Part shown: one piece after another, positions 46,660 through 59,354 of the stretch
Numbering within the stretch: position 1 is the first letter of the stretch
Layout of the letters: each line of letters starts with the position of its first letter
Source of the DNA: Amoebophrya sp. A120
Lineage: Eukaryota > Protista > Dinoflagellata
Direction: 5' to 3'
Length of the DNA stretch: 64,000 bases
Assembly: GCA_905178155.1 (NCBI GenBank)
Contig: CAJINV010000011.1
Coordinates: forward strand, 1,822,454 to 1,886,453
Program-made: the position numbers and the translations under genes
Notes under the pieces: model-generated
Database searches by the model: none
What the model saw: the letters and a program-made list of their open reading frames with translations, nothing else
What the model was told of the DNA's origin: nothing

Positions 46660-49274
46660 TTACAGAGCGCCAAATAGCATCCGGGATAGGAACTTACGCA
46701 CGTTTTTTGCGCTTCCCTGTGCGATGACTGCCAGCTTTTCGGCCTCGGAGCCTCCACTTACTATTTCCGACGGTTTTCTTGAGGATGCACTGCTGTTGAG
46801 GATGAGGAAATTTGCCGACGGGGCCGCTCTTTCGTCTACCGGTGTTCCGCCATCATCGCTTGGTGTATCCAAGTGTTGATCCGCCAGCAGACCCAACCTC
46901 CGCAACTGCGTCTCGATGGAGGAGTTCAAATCGAGCTCCGTGACGGAGACGTCCTCCGGCGCGAGCGCTAGCGCGGAGACAAGGTAGGAAGCTTCAAACA
47001 GCGCAGTGGCCAGGCCGGGCGGCAACAACGGTGCGAACAGCGCAACCGCGCGCCTCCCGGGCGAAACAAAGGCGTGCACGCCCGACTTGTCCAGCACCTT
47101 TGCTGCAGTTCCGAAACGCGGGCGCCAAACCCACTTGTCATCCATGCACCGGAGCTGGAGTTGTCTGTACGGGCCGGCTCCGCATAACTGAATAATTTGA
47201 ATTTCGCGTAGTTGTTCGTCTTTATTATGAAGAAAAAAAATCATTTACAGTGCGCAATGAGGTCATCAAGATCAATAGGCAGATGCAAGACCGGCAACAC
47301 TATCCAATTGTAGAAAAGCGAAAGCACGATATCACAACGATGAACCTACTTTAAACACGAAGATTTTCATCTGTCCGAAAAGCCCCGGGGGCAGGCAAGT
47401 TACTGACTTGCGATAATGTGCAGTCTTTCAACCATACTTCCGAGAGTCGTGCGAACGACCATGTACCTGTAGCTCCCATTCTCGCGCAGCTACTCGAGGT
47501 TCTGGATAAACCGGTAGCGGTTTGATGATCCGTAACACGATAGCTAAACTCCGCCCCCGCTCTGGCGGTGCAATACCTTTTTGGAGCTCGGGTATCCTGG
47601 TCGCAACGACTGCCATGGGTTGCTTGCTCCAGTGGCAAAGTAGCATCGCTACCACCAACTGCGACAACTTCTGGTCCCCTTTCACGTGCAGTTCCGTAAA
47701 AGTGTTCGAGTCCAACTGTTTGCCGATCGAAGTCACAAAGAACTGCACAGTGGGCATCAATGCGAGAACGGTGCAATCCAGGTTTTCTTGAGCGACCGTC
47801 CACGTCAGTGTCCGCTCCCAGGCCGCAGCTGCGATTCCGTTTTTGAATGCTATGTGAAAGAAAATGAAGCGACAATAAGTGGCGGTGCTCGTATTGTTAC
47901 ACCGAAGAGTTGTAGTCAAAAGCAATAGCGAGAAGACAATGACAAACTTGTAGTTCCAAACACGTCATCAAACAACATTGTTTCTGAACCACGGATCAGT
48001 TAAGATCACTTTCGGTCGTCCTCGTCAGCTCCAGCGTATGGTATACGTTTAAGCACTTGTGCCCTGCTGCGGCACGAGCACGATCAAGGCAACAAAAACA
48101 AATATCAATCTACATCAGCATGGACATAATGGTGCAACATCGTACCAGATTCCTCCGCGGCATCTGTTCGGTGCTCCACGAGCTGCACGGAAAGGTCTTT
48201 CGAGGCAACTCCATAGGACCGCGCATAGTGGAGGTGAATTTCGGAGGCCAGGGGCTGCGCGGGCACGGACGAGGACACTGAGGACTTTCGGAACAAAAGC
48301 TGCTGTTCTTCCCTGCGGATGACGTAGGTTCCACGAGGGGGCCTCATCCCGTATAGTTTTTTTGCGGTCGGAAGGATTTCTTGCAGCGGAAACGCACCCC
48401 GCGGAAATAGCCGAACAACACTTGGCTCAGCAGATGGACGACGAGGAGCGGTAGTAGGTGGACCCTCCGAAGCTGTCGTGCTCTGATTCGACGTTTTGCT
48501 CCGGGATTGTCGGTTGTGGTGCGTCGTCTCCGCCCTGCCGGGCTGTGCATCTTGCTGGAGGTGTCGGCTCTGACGATCTCGCGCCCGCAGCTGACGACGT
48601 GCATCGACGGTCACCACTCGCGCTTCTCGTTCTCTCCGCAACCTCGTCCGGGCCGGGTCGTCCTCATCATTCCCGGACGCTACTCCTGCATACGCGGTCG
48701 TTCCCCGTTGGGGAGTGGTGGATGAACAGGAAGAGGACCTCGCCGCTATCACATTGGTGTTTTGCACCGGGTGCGAATGGCGATTGGTCGTTGCGGTAAA
48801 ATTTGATGTGCTCGTCTCCCGCTGCGATGAGGACAAAGATACCCGTTGCGACAAGTCGTGCCCGCGTGCCTCAGGTGGAGGTTCTTGCACACTGGAGAAA
48901 GACGACGAAAAAGAATTTCTTGACGCTGCTATCGGACTACGCGGGCGGTCTAGAAGCACAACCTCCTCAGGAGCGGTCTGACCAACACCCGATGATCCCG
49001 TTGGCAAGTCGGCAGTATCGGGAAACTCCAGTATGGGCTCCCTGTAGATGTCCTGGGCCTCGACGAAAGAAATAACGTTACGAACCAGAGACCTCCGCCA
49101 ATCCTCGAACCATAATGGCTCTGCCCGTTTCGGGAAGTACTGCAGGCGGCACGAAGCCGCCTGCAGTACGGAAGCCGGTACCACCACAGTTTCCCCTTCG
49201 TGACGCTCCGCTGCAATCTCGGGCTCGCCGGGCGGGACTGTGCTATGCTGGTCAGCCGTGACGTTACCGCTCAT
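46660..49274 (-). CDS. Unknown-family protein, paralogue 1 (multi-exon)
   Basis: ORFs 48105-49274, 47428-47925 and 46660-47244 are collinear with and similar to paralogue 2. Confidence 0.6.
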
Positions 49275-50095
49275 CTCAATGTCTAGCTCTAGATGCAGAT
49301 GAAATTGAGGCTTTTTTCATCTGAATGATAATTTACACTTACAGACTTGCTTTTGAAAAAATTCATTTTTACCAAAATCCTGTTTTCCCTTTCTCATAAA
49401 AAACCGGCTCATCGAAAACAGATGAAATGCCTTTGCCTACGAAGAAATATAAAAATGAGCAAGAATCTTATTTCAATGGCACGGAATCACCCGACCACAA
49501 AATGATCACCAACGTCATCAACTTGCGATGTACGCATCACACGAGCGCGACGAGATCGGCATCGGTGGACGATGGGTCTACACATTAAATCCTGCTGTCG
49601 TGATCGTCCACCGTGAGTGTGACATTGATGATCGAGATATCTTTCTAAGACACACCATCCGCGGAAGGCATAACAAGACAATAGAATACGTACCCGAAGA
49701 AAGGTCAACCGTGTTTCACGATAAGTACGATCGTCCCCACGAAGATCTCACTCTTCCGTCCAGGACTGCACGTTTGCATCTCTTTGTATCGTATGCTTCT
49801 TTGTATCTCTGTGTATTTCGAATTCGATCTCCCCGACCAAAGCACATTTTGATTTTGTATATACAATTTTGCATTTTTACGTTCACACGAAATCGATCGC
49901 CCTTCCCAAACTTTGCTTCGGAACACGTTTTTGGAACACGTTTTTGAAAAACCTGGTCCGAACGATCCGGAAGAAAGTTTCATGCATAGCAAAGAAAATA
50001 AGCGGAAGTCGGCGTAAACCAAAAGTTACACGTTGCAACCACGACCCAACGTCTGCTCATTCTCAAACTCAATTCTCCAGAATTATACAAGTAAG

Positions 50096-50240
50096 TATAA
50101 CTCCTATTGCTGAGCTGCGCAAGTTAAAATTTTGTGACGGGGAGGAAAATCGTCCACGCCGAAGCTTTTTTGGCATTTTTCAAACCTTCCAAAGCTGTCG
50201 CGATTTGGGAAGTCGCCCAACGCCCAACGCCCAACGGCCA
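50096..50240 (+). repeat. Dispersed repeat terminus (TATAACTCCTATTGCTGAGC...), also at 63823
   Basis: About 145 bp of clear similarity between the two copies, starting sharply at TAT. Confidence 0.85.
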
Positions 50241-50690
50241 TATTTGCTCGAAATATTTCGCAGCTCGAAATATGTTGGAGCTCGAAATATTTTGGAGCTC
50301 GAAATATTTTGAAGCTCGAAATATTTTGGTGCTCGAAATATTTTGGAGCTCGAAATATTTTGCAATATTTCCCAGCCCGAAATATTTCACAGCTCGAAAT
50401 TAATATTTCCCAGCTCGAAACATTTCCCAACTCGAAACATTTCCCAACTCGAAATATTTCCCAGCTCGAAATATTTCCCAGCTCGAAACACTTCCAAACT
50501 CGAAATATTTCCCAGCTCGAAATATTTCCCAGCTCGAAATACTTCCCAGCTCGAAATATTTCCCAGCTCCAAAGATTTCCCAGCTCCAAATATTTCCCAG
50601 CTCCAAATATTTTGCAACTCCAAAATATTTTCCAAAATATTTTGCAACGCAAAATATTTCGCGGGCCCCGTCGAAAATATTTCGCAACAA
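50240..50690. repeat. 17-bp minisatellite GCTCGAAATATTTCCCA containing palindrome GAAATATTTC
   Basis: Directly visible tandem array. Confidence 0.95.
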
Positions 50691-50864
50691 ACTCCTAAAC
50701 AAACTCTTCTCCCCGTTTCACTTCCTTACTAAAATCCCTAAGGAAAAAAAACTCAGTTGGTCGCGCGTCCGAGGAGCGAGAGCAACGCGATCAGGCAGCC
50801 GAAGACAGAAGGCGGCGATCGCATTCCTGCGAACTCTACAGGGATTGCAGCGCATCCTCCTGAG

Positions 50865-51420
50865 AAATCTTTCCCCTGGGTAGCCAGAATTGCTGTGCTA
50901 AACACAACAATTCGGGGAAAACAAGCAAAATGCTCCATCCTTTTACCCGTTCCTTCCCACTACCCCAATACCCCCTCATTATCCTGATACCCTCCCAGTG
51001 CCCTACTGGGAAATCTTTTCCCTGGGTAGCCAGAATTGCTGCGCTAAGCAAAGCAACTCGGGCAAGAAAGTGAATCTTTCCAATCCCTGCCCAATGTCCT
51101 CCAAGTATCCTGAAGATACCCTCCCAACATCCTACAGGAAGCCTTTCCCCTGGGTGGCCAGCTTTGCTGTGTTAAACACAGCAACTCGGGCAAAAAATCC
51201 AATATCCTCCCACTATCCTGATACCCTACCAATATCCTATTGGGAACCCTTTCCCCAGGTAGTCAGAATTGCTATGCTAAACACAGCAACTCGGACAAAA
51301 AATCCAATATCCTCCCACGATCCTGATACCCTCCCAATATCCTCCCGAAAACCCTTTTCCCGGGTAGCCAGAATTACTGTGCTAAACACAGCAACTCTTG
51401 CAAAAAAACCCGAAAAGCCC
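50865..51420. repeat. Five-copy tandem repeat, ~105-145-bp period
   Basis: Core CCCTGGGTAGCCAGAATTGCTGTGCTAAACACAGCAACTCGG near 50873, 51019, 51147, 51253 and 51358. Confidence 0.88.
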
Positions 51421-53206
51421 CAAAATCCCCCCTGGAAATACCCTCGGGCCATCTCCGCCCGGGATTCCGCCTGGATATGCCTTGAGGCGTCTTGCTTCGC
51501 CTGAAATTGCAGCAGCGCCCGCGGTGCAAGTGCCTTCTCAAAGTGTTTCTAGCTGGATTTCCAGATAGAAATGGAGCAGGCCTCTTCAGCTGGAAATCCA
51601 GCTGGAAACACTTTGAACAGGCCAGGTGGGAAATGCATTGAAAAGCAAAAGGCGTCTGCAGCTGCATTTCCAGGTGGAAACGCGCCGCAGATGCCTCTTC
51701 CAAATGTTTCTCCAGCTGGAAATGCATTGAGAAGGCGTCTGCCGCCGTCTGGGGAACACCGCCGGCGGCCAAGCACCAGGCGAGCAGTTGCCCACCACCC
51801 TCCCCCGGCGCCCTCCCTCTGTTCGCGAAGGGAAAATCGCGCCCCAGCGCCAGGCGTGCAGGCGAGCAGCTGCCCACCACCCTTCCCCGGCGCCCTCCCT
51901 CTATTCACGAAGAGACCGGCAGAGGGCGCCACCGTCCGCCGTCTCTGTCTCGGAGGAAGGGTGCGCGCGAGGGAAGCAGGCGGGGGCGAAACAGATTGCA
52001 TGCGAGCGAACGCGGGGGGCGCCGTTGTTGTCCGGGGGTGCTTGGGGAGGGTGGTGGGCCCCTGCGCCTAGAGGGCAATGAATGAATGCCCCGCCCCGGC
52101 TCCCTTCCTCCATCCACGCGCGCGGCAGGGGCCCCAGCGCGCGAGCGCCCGTTCTGCAAGGCTGCGCGCAGAAGAAGGGCGCGGGGGGCACCAAGGCGCA
52201 CAGGGGCGGGGCACGCAGGCAGGCGGCACGAACGGGCCACACCGCAAGCGCGCGGGTGGGGCGTCACGCGCCAGCGCCTCGCATGGCGCGGACTGTTCCC
52301 CTGCTTCCTTCCCCCGTCCACTGGCGCCCGCCCGCTGCCGCGCTTTGCGTTGTTGCTTGGGCCTAAGGCTTGCCGCCACGCAAACGCGCACCCAGTACGA
52401 GCGGGGTCCTCGCGCTCGCACAACAAAAGGGAACCATGGGCGCCATGGCGCTCCTCCTTCGTTCTTTCAGCAAGAAGCGGCGCAGATGCCTGGCCCCGCC
52501 CTGCATCAAAAATTTTCTCCCTTACCCACCCTCTGGCGTTTTTCTTTCCACCCCGTCCACTCGTTCACCCTCCCACTGCGCGACATAAGTTGCGGCCTTG
52601 TAGTAGGTACTTAGCGGCCTTAGGTTGTTGAGGGAGCCTATGGCATTTTTTCAGCACAAGGTTTGTTGTTCGTAGGCCACACAGCACAGTGGCGGCTCCG
52701 AACTCGTACTATTTTTGCAATTCAGATTTGATGTCTGCGTGCGGCAACACAGACTCACACCAAAGAATAGCCACGGACCGGCGGACGCACTCTTTTCATG
52801 GTATTGGTATAGACAGTTGATTTCGTTTTCGCTATCGACATTTGCGTAAACAGTATTGATTCGTAGCAGGACACCAGGAGGAACAAGAACAACTCGTCAT
52901 CAAACAGGATTGTACACATTCTATAGTACATCAACATTGGAGACGACGCCTGAGGACATCGTACTTATCATCATCTTCACCGACAGCCCCGGTGCATGTC
53001 GAGACAGCGGCCACACTTCTGAAGTCGTCCAACCATGATCTTCATAATTTGCAGCACTTCTAAATGTCGACAGGACGCTGTGCTCGCCTCTCGTGCCTAG
53101 TACCTTCGGCGTAGACACTGCTGCTGGAAAGAAGCATCTCCGTCTTCAGCATGACAGCATTTTTCAAACAGTGGCTTTCAACCAGCTGCACTTGCGCCCG
53201 CCGGCT

Positions 53207-54955
53207 CTATTTTCGTGACGCCAGGTACACTCTGAAAAGCTTCAACGCATCACACCTGCACATCGGACACGCCGGTCTTGTTGTAGAGAAGACTTGTTGG
53301 GTGCACATGTGGCACAGCGGCCCGTGCCCGCATGGCTGCACTGCTAAGAACGGGGGAGGGATTTTCTCGTAGCACACCATGCATTCGGGTTCGAGCTCAG
53401 CACTAGCCTTCTCCACGGAACCACAGCCAGCAGGTGGGACGTTGCATCAAGTGGAAAGATGTCTGCGTCTAGAAACCTGTCACGCTGAATTGCGCATGAT
53501 TGCAATTGCAGCTACACATGACAAGCTTCAGGACCGCTTTCTTTTAGTCTTAGTTTCTGATGCCTAACTTGCATATACGATGAATTGCGTTTTTGCATAT
53601 TAAGGGAAGCTGCCCGACGTGATTCGCTGCTCCTGCGTTTTTTCAGGAATGGAATCAATGCAAGACACGCATTAACATTTTACAAGTTCCACCTTTCCAG
53701 ACCCAGACAGATTTGCAGTCGATACGTTGACTTGAACGCCCATTCGCGCACAGAGATCCACGCAGCGGTCCGCGAACGTGGGAAACTCGGTAAGCCCTCG
53801 GGCTTGGTCACGCAATGCGTCTGCGAGGCGGATGTCCATCATGTCCTTCTGCCGACGGCGGGCGCAGCGACCAATGCAGTCCGCGATTGCAGTGCGGCCC
53901 AGTTGGCGGGCAGTCACCTCGGGCTGACCGAGCAAGAACATATTCGCAACTTGCTCCGCGTGGATAACTTCCTTTTCGCGCGACTCGACAGTGTGGCTCT
54001 CGAGATTGGCCTCGTAGCAGGAGAGTAGGTCTTCCACAATGCCAGCGCTGGCTTCCGCGTCCCTGGTTATGACTGCAGCCGAGAGTGCGGTTTCGCCCAC
54101 CGCATTCGTCTCGTGGAACTGAATCTCCTTGTCTCGTGGCCGTGGATTTATTAAATTGCCCGAATCACTCCAGCGGCACACCGTTCCGGAAGTGAGGCTC
54201 TTCACTGTTGCCGCTGCGCGCGGGAGTCCGCAGGACGCCGCGTACGGCACCAGCGTATGAACCGGCTCGCTGCTTATCGTGTTCAACAGTATCTTTACCA
54301 CATCGCGCCGCTCACTGAACACGGCGGCAATAAGCGGCGTGAAACGTTCGGGCCCGTCCTTCGCGTTCAGGTCAATTAAGTGCCGATAAGTTCTTGCGTC
54401 AACATCTTCCCCACGTGGGCTGCTGGTGCTGGGCGAGAGTGGTTGTAGGTCAGCCGCCATTAAGCGCCGATAAGTTCTTGCGTCAACATCTTCCCCACGT
54501 GGGCGGCTGGGCGAGAGTGGTTGTAGGTAAGCCGCCTGCTCAGACAGTATTTGCTCGTAGTGCTCTCGCTGATTCCGTTCGCTTTCGAAGACAACTGGAT
54601 CGATGTCCAACACCTGGATTAAACGCAGGTAGTCATTTCCCATCATGGAGGTAGACTCATCTTCCCAGTACTTCGCTCGGCATAGACGGTACAAGTCGTC
54701 TTGCGCAAGTTGGACATCCATCTCGGATCTCACACACCAAACATCATCGTGTTCGTGCCGCTGTAGAATGTGCAACCGGAGACATTCTCGCGCGTCAATG
54801 CCGAACTTTGCTTCTGGCCGAAAGCATCGATTGCAGTCAAGGCAGCCTGCCTCGATTGCAGTGTGGGGTGGAAGCCCCTTCGCGTTGTCACACGTCGACG
54901 TTTCTGCAGGAGGGAGTCTCCGCATGCCCTTGCCCTTGGACTGCTTCTGCCCCAT
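53207..54955 (-). CDS. Putative E3 ligase: MG start, C2H2-like finger, ankyrin-like repeats, C-terminal C3HC4 RING (paralogue A); 2 exons
   Basis: MGQKQSK; CLDCNRCF...HILQRH; TPLIAAV...VVKILL; GETALSAAV; CMVC...PCGHGPLCHMC...CPMCR. Exons join across 53445-53724. Confidence 0.85.
53445..53724. mobile_element. Introner family B (one end CAT instead of TAT)
   Basis: Perfect direct repeat CAACG and TGTCTG.GTCT.GAA IR. Removal fuses the ankyrin ORF to the RING ORF. Confidence 0.88.
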
Positions 54956-56024
54956 CTTACAGCTCAAATTTGGAAAAAAACCTAATACTGTAAGTATGTT
55001 CTTCCCAACGGTGATGTTGCAGCCTTTTCTGCATTTCCTCTGCGCATGTGCTCACCCCACAAAACGAACGAAGATATCGAGGACAGCACTTCAAATGCGA
55101 TGCACGTACCGGCGCCAACTTCTCTCTTTTTTTCTCGTGCTTCTCTACCATGATAATCGCTCGGAAAACCCAGTAGCAGGCGTTTTGCTAGTACACAAAC
55201 AATTTCGGAGAATAGGCTCGATATCCCACTCGATTTTTTTTCTTGCAGCGATTGGGTACTTTGATTCATACATGAAAGCGACACTCGACACACTCGTCCA
55301 GGACTGTGAACATTTTCGCCAAAGCGGTTCACAATCGGTCACGACCACAGACTTCTCTGTACAACAACAAGACTCTTAATGCCTGAGAAGCACATGGACA
55401 TGAGCATGACACGAGATTGCGACCTGCCTTGCATTACAGGTAGAACTGCACTTCTATTTAGTTACAGTCGGTCGCATAGAGCAATTTGGGAAGAGGACCT
55501 AGAAGTGTAGTTAGCGAGGATTTGGATTATAGACAGAATACTAGCACACACTGAAATGGCTGTGCAAGATTTGATTTTCTATTCTGCGGAAACTCCACCT
55601 GGTGACGCAGTAGATGGTTTTTTTTTTCCCTCTTCACCCCGCACAATCGATGCACGGCGCCATGGCGACTATGTTGCTGTTGCCTCGCAAAGGCAGACTT
55701 CTCGGAAAAGTTCCGCGATTGGGTTTTGTTGCTCTTCTCCGGCAAAGAACAAGGTAACAGGCGTTCTAGGCGTGACCGGGGCGGAGCACGTCCGGCCGGT
55801 CGGACAAATTGTCGTGACAGTTCAGAACTAGGTGAGTCGGTGGCGTAATCTTGTCGCAGGTCTTGTAGCAGTGCGAGTTGCAGTACCTGTAGCCGCAGCC
55901 GCTCAATACTTGTTACCAGCAATTGTCAGTATTTTTGCCTTCCCACTGCTACAGGTGGAAAAGATGAAGAGCAACATGTTCTCGGGTACAAATGCCGCAC
56001 CAAGTCGTGCTGTACCGAACCACT

Positions 56025-58168
56025 TTATTCTTGGTCCCGCATGTACACTTTCAAAAACCCGGTGATGTTACCTCTACAGACCGGACACCGTTTCTGGAAG
56101 TCATCGATCATGAAGTAGTCGATCATCAAGTAGTCGGCGCAACTCTCGCAGAATGGCGCGTGTCCGCACGGATTGACTGCGAAAATCGGAGGACGACATG
56201 GTTCGTAACACACGTGGCACTCGGGCTCGCTTTTTGCGCGCTGCAGCTCCACTTGGACCCCAATTTGCGCACAGAGATCCACGCAACGGCCCGCAACCGA
56301 AGAAATATCGGACTCCATTCCGGCTTGGGGGTCGCCCAAACTGCCTCCCACGCGACTGTCCCTCTGCCGCCGGCGGATGAAGTGAGCCACGTAGGCTGCT
56401 ATCGCATTCCGGCCGAGCATGCGGACGGTCTCTGCTGGATTGTCGCCCAATAACATCTTAGCAACCTGCTCCACGTGGATCGCTTCTTCCTCGGGCGCCT
56501 CAGCAGTACGTGCGTCGAGATTGGCCTCGTAACACTCGAGATATGGATTGCAAATATATCTGGGTCTGGAAATTTGTAATGCTTGTGCGAAGCCAAACTG
56601 GCTGTCGAGTTTGTTTGTATAATGCATCTTGCGCAAGAGCAAGATGACCTTCGCTTGTTTGTACTTATCGCAAGAACGCGATTTCTCTCTCGGAATACGC
56701 ACATTCACGGAGCAAACAAACTTTGTTATGCTTGCCTGCGAAGTGTGGGTATGCTGTTGCATTGGCCTTGGCGATCATCCGAGATTTAGCATTACAACTT
56801 CCCAGATCCGGACATCTTTGCAGTGGATACGAGCAGGTCCTTCACGATGTCACCACTAGAGTCCGAATCTGTGTTTCGTACAGCAGCCGAGAGTGCGGTT
56901 TCGCCCGTCCCACTCGTCTCGTCGAACTGAATCTCTTTGTCGTGCGGTCTGTGTCCACGACTTGTTAATTTGCCCGACTCATGCCATCTACGCAGCGTTC
57001 CTGAAGTGAGGTTTTTCACTGCTGCCGCTGCGTGCGGGAGTCCGCAGGATGTGGCGTAAGCCAGCATTGTGTGGACCGGCTCGCTCTTGATGGTGTTGAG
57101 GAGCAACTGCACCACTTCACGCCGCCCGCTGAGCACGGCTGCAACAAGCGGCGTCACTTGCTTGGGCCCGTGTTTGGCATTCAGGTTTACAATTTTTCGC
57201 AACCCCCAGGGCTTTTCGCCGGGTCCTAGGGGACGCACAAAAAACTTTTCAGCAGAAAATTCTTTCCTGCGTTTCTCCATGAGCGAATTTCGTCTCTCTG
57301 CCAACATCAGGCAAATCGAATTCGCCGAAGGCGGGTTGCTGGTGTTGCTGTTGCTGGAGCGATTAATGTCCTGGAGCGAACCGCTGGGTGGGTCACGCAC
57401 GCCTTCTCCGGAACGTGTTTGTTTGAAGAGTTTGTTCCACGGACGGACTGGAGCGAGCGCCTCACTGTCAAGCTGGGCTAGATGAGCGGAGCTGGAGTGC
57501 GCGCTCGATGAATGGCGGATACGGAAACGCAGGTCTTCCGCTTGCTCAGAAAGTATTTGTTTGTAATGCTGGCGGCGATTTTGCTCGTTTTCGAAGACGA
57601 CCGGATCCAAATCGAGGAGCTCGATCAGGCGCAGGTAATCGGTTCCAGAGGACTCGACTGTTCCGTCACCCGCACACAGCTCATACAATTCTCGTTCGAG
57701 TTGTCGTTCTGCGGAAACTCCAACGTAGTTTTCCATGCATTTGAAGACGCGACTCCAGCTAATGCCGCGCTCCGAGTTGTCGCTTTCAGAGTCGGTTACG
57801 AGAGCGCTGCTGCTGCGGGTGGGCGGGGCGAAGGTGCAGGAGCCGGCGGCTCGTCCTCTCGTCGGACGAGTGTAGCCCGGGAATAGGCCCAAGGGCGGTG
57901 GCTTCTTACCGTCAGAGGTGATGTCATGCCGTTGCAGCATGTGCAATTCGAGGCATTTACGCGCGTCGACGCGAAAGAACGCTTCGGGCCGAAAGCACCG
58001 GCTGCACTGCGGACAAGTAGCCTGATCCGACTCGTACGCGACTGGCCGGTAGCACTGCATCCCGGGTCGACGCCTTAATAGTCCTCCGCCCGCGGGTGCA
58101 CTGGAGGCGTCCGTCGGCGACGGTTCCGGAGGCTGCCTGCGAAGCCCCTTCGACTGCCTTTGCCCCAT
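56025..58168 (-). CDS. Putative E3 ligase, ZnF-ankyrin-RING paralogue B; 2 exons
   Basis: MGQRQSK; CPQCSRCF...HMLQRH; TPLVAAV; GETALSAAV; CHVC...PCGHAPFCESC...CPVCR. Extensive identity to paralogue A. Confidence 0.87.
56542..56829. mobile_element. Introner family B
   Basis: TAT...ATA ends, flanks GCTCG/TCTCG. Removal restores KDLLECYEANL (paralogue A: EDLLSCYEANL). Confidence 0.92.
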
Positions 58169-59354
58169 ATTGAAACACAAAAATCGCTTGCCTTTATGTT
58201 TATTCTACCGACAAAATTATTATTTTACAGTTGTTCGTTAGTGCTCGCAATTGGCAATTTTTTTTTTTTCAGCAACTGCAACGAAAAATAACAAATACAA
58301 AAACTGTACGACGAGAGACACGAATTAAGGTGGGGTTTTTATTCGGTCGACTTATCTAGTAATCGGGATTCCAAAAAAAACCTGTCCTTGCGTATTCATT
58401 CATGATGTGCTCGAAATCAAATTGGAAATCGGAAATAAATTTACGCATTTTTTCAACTCTCGATGTCGGCGAGCGAAACGAAAAGGACAACGACATGATG
58501 TTCGATAAGTGTCAAGATTTGGGGAAATTGCACTCAAGCAAAAAAACACACAGACACGAAAACATGGCACGAGTGCCACGACCAATTTTACCTAGTTTGA
58601 ATGAATGGATGAGAAAGAACCGACCGAACTTTGAATTTTGCAGCCTTTTTTGTTTTTGTTTTGGGTGGATTTCAATTTCGCGGTAAAATGAAGGTTAAAC
58701 TCAACAAAAAACAATAAACAGACCGTAGATTGTCGGTGTACGCGAAGCTTGTGGCAACACAAAAAGCAGCACCTGCTTTTCAGTGTCGTTGCTGCGTGGT
58801 GCGATCCCTCTCAGAAGCAAAAGTCAAATTCTGCCCTCGCTCTATAAAATGTATGTCATGAAGCACGAGCGAAATGTGGTGCGCCCCGGCTGCAGCAACT
58901 ATCTTGTTTTTCTTTGTCGTTCCCCCCATCGAACGACGCGACTAGCACGTTTTCCGCTAAATGTGCAGACACAACGAGGGCAACTCGAACTCTCGAACAA
59001 CAAAAAGTAGGGCCGACCCCCACGATTGATCATTCCATCGATCGAATGAAGCGACTACTCACAGAAACAGCGTAAAGAAAGTAGAGATGGATTGAAATCC
59101 GTTATGTGAAGTTCTATTTCATGAAAACAACTTTCGTCTTGGTGCAACGGCACGACAACGACGATTATTTTTTTACGCCGCGTTCATGAAAGACCAAAAT
59201 AAAAATTATTCAATTCGTCTTGCAGGGGATTGTATCTAATCACAAGTTGTCGTACTTCTACTTGCACATCCACATGTACATGATGCATATGTTTACAAAA
59301 TCTAATTAAATTTTCGCGTGAAATCTGAAATCTGAAGTGCCTTTATCAAGCACT

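Noticed and set aside
50240-51420. CRISPR-like array
   Set aside because: Units are contiguous or have mutually similar spacers, the context is eukaryotic, and there are no cas genes.
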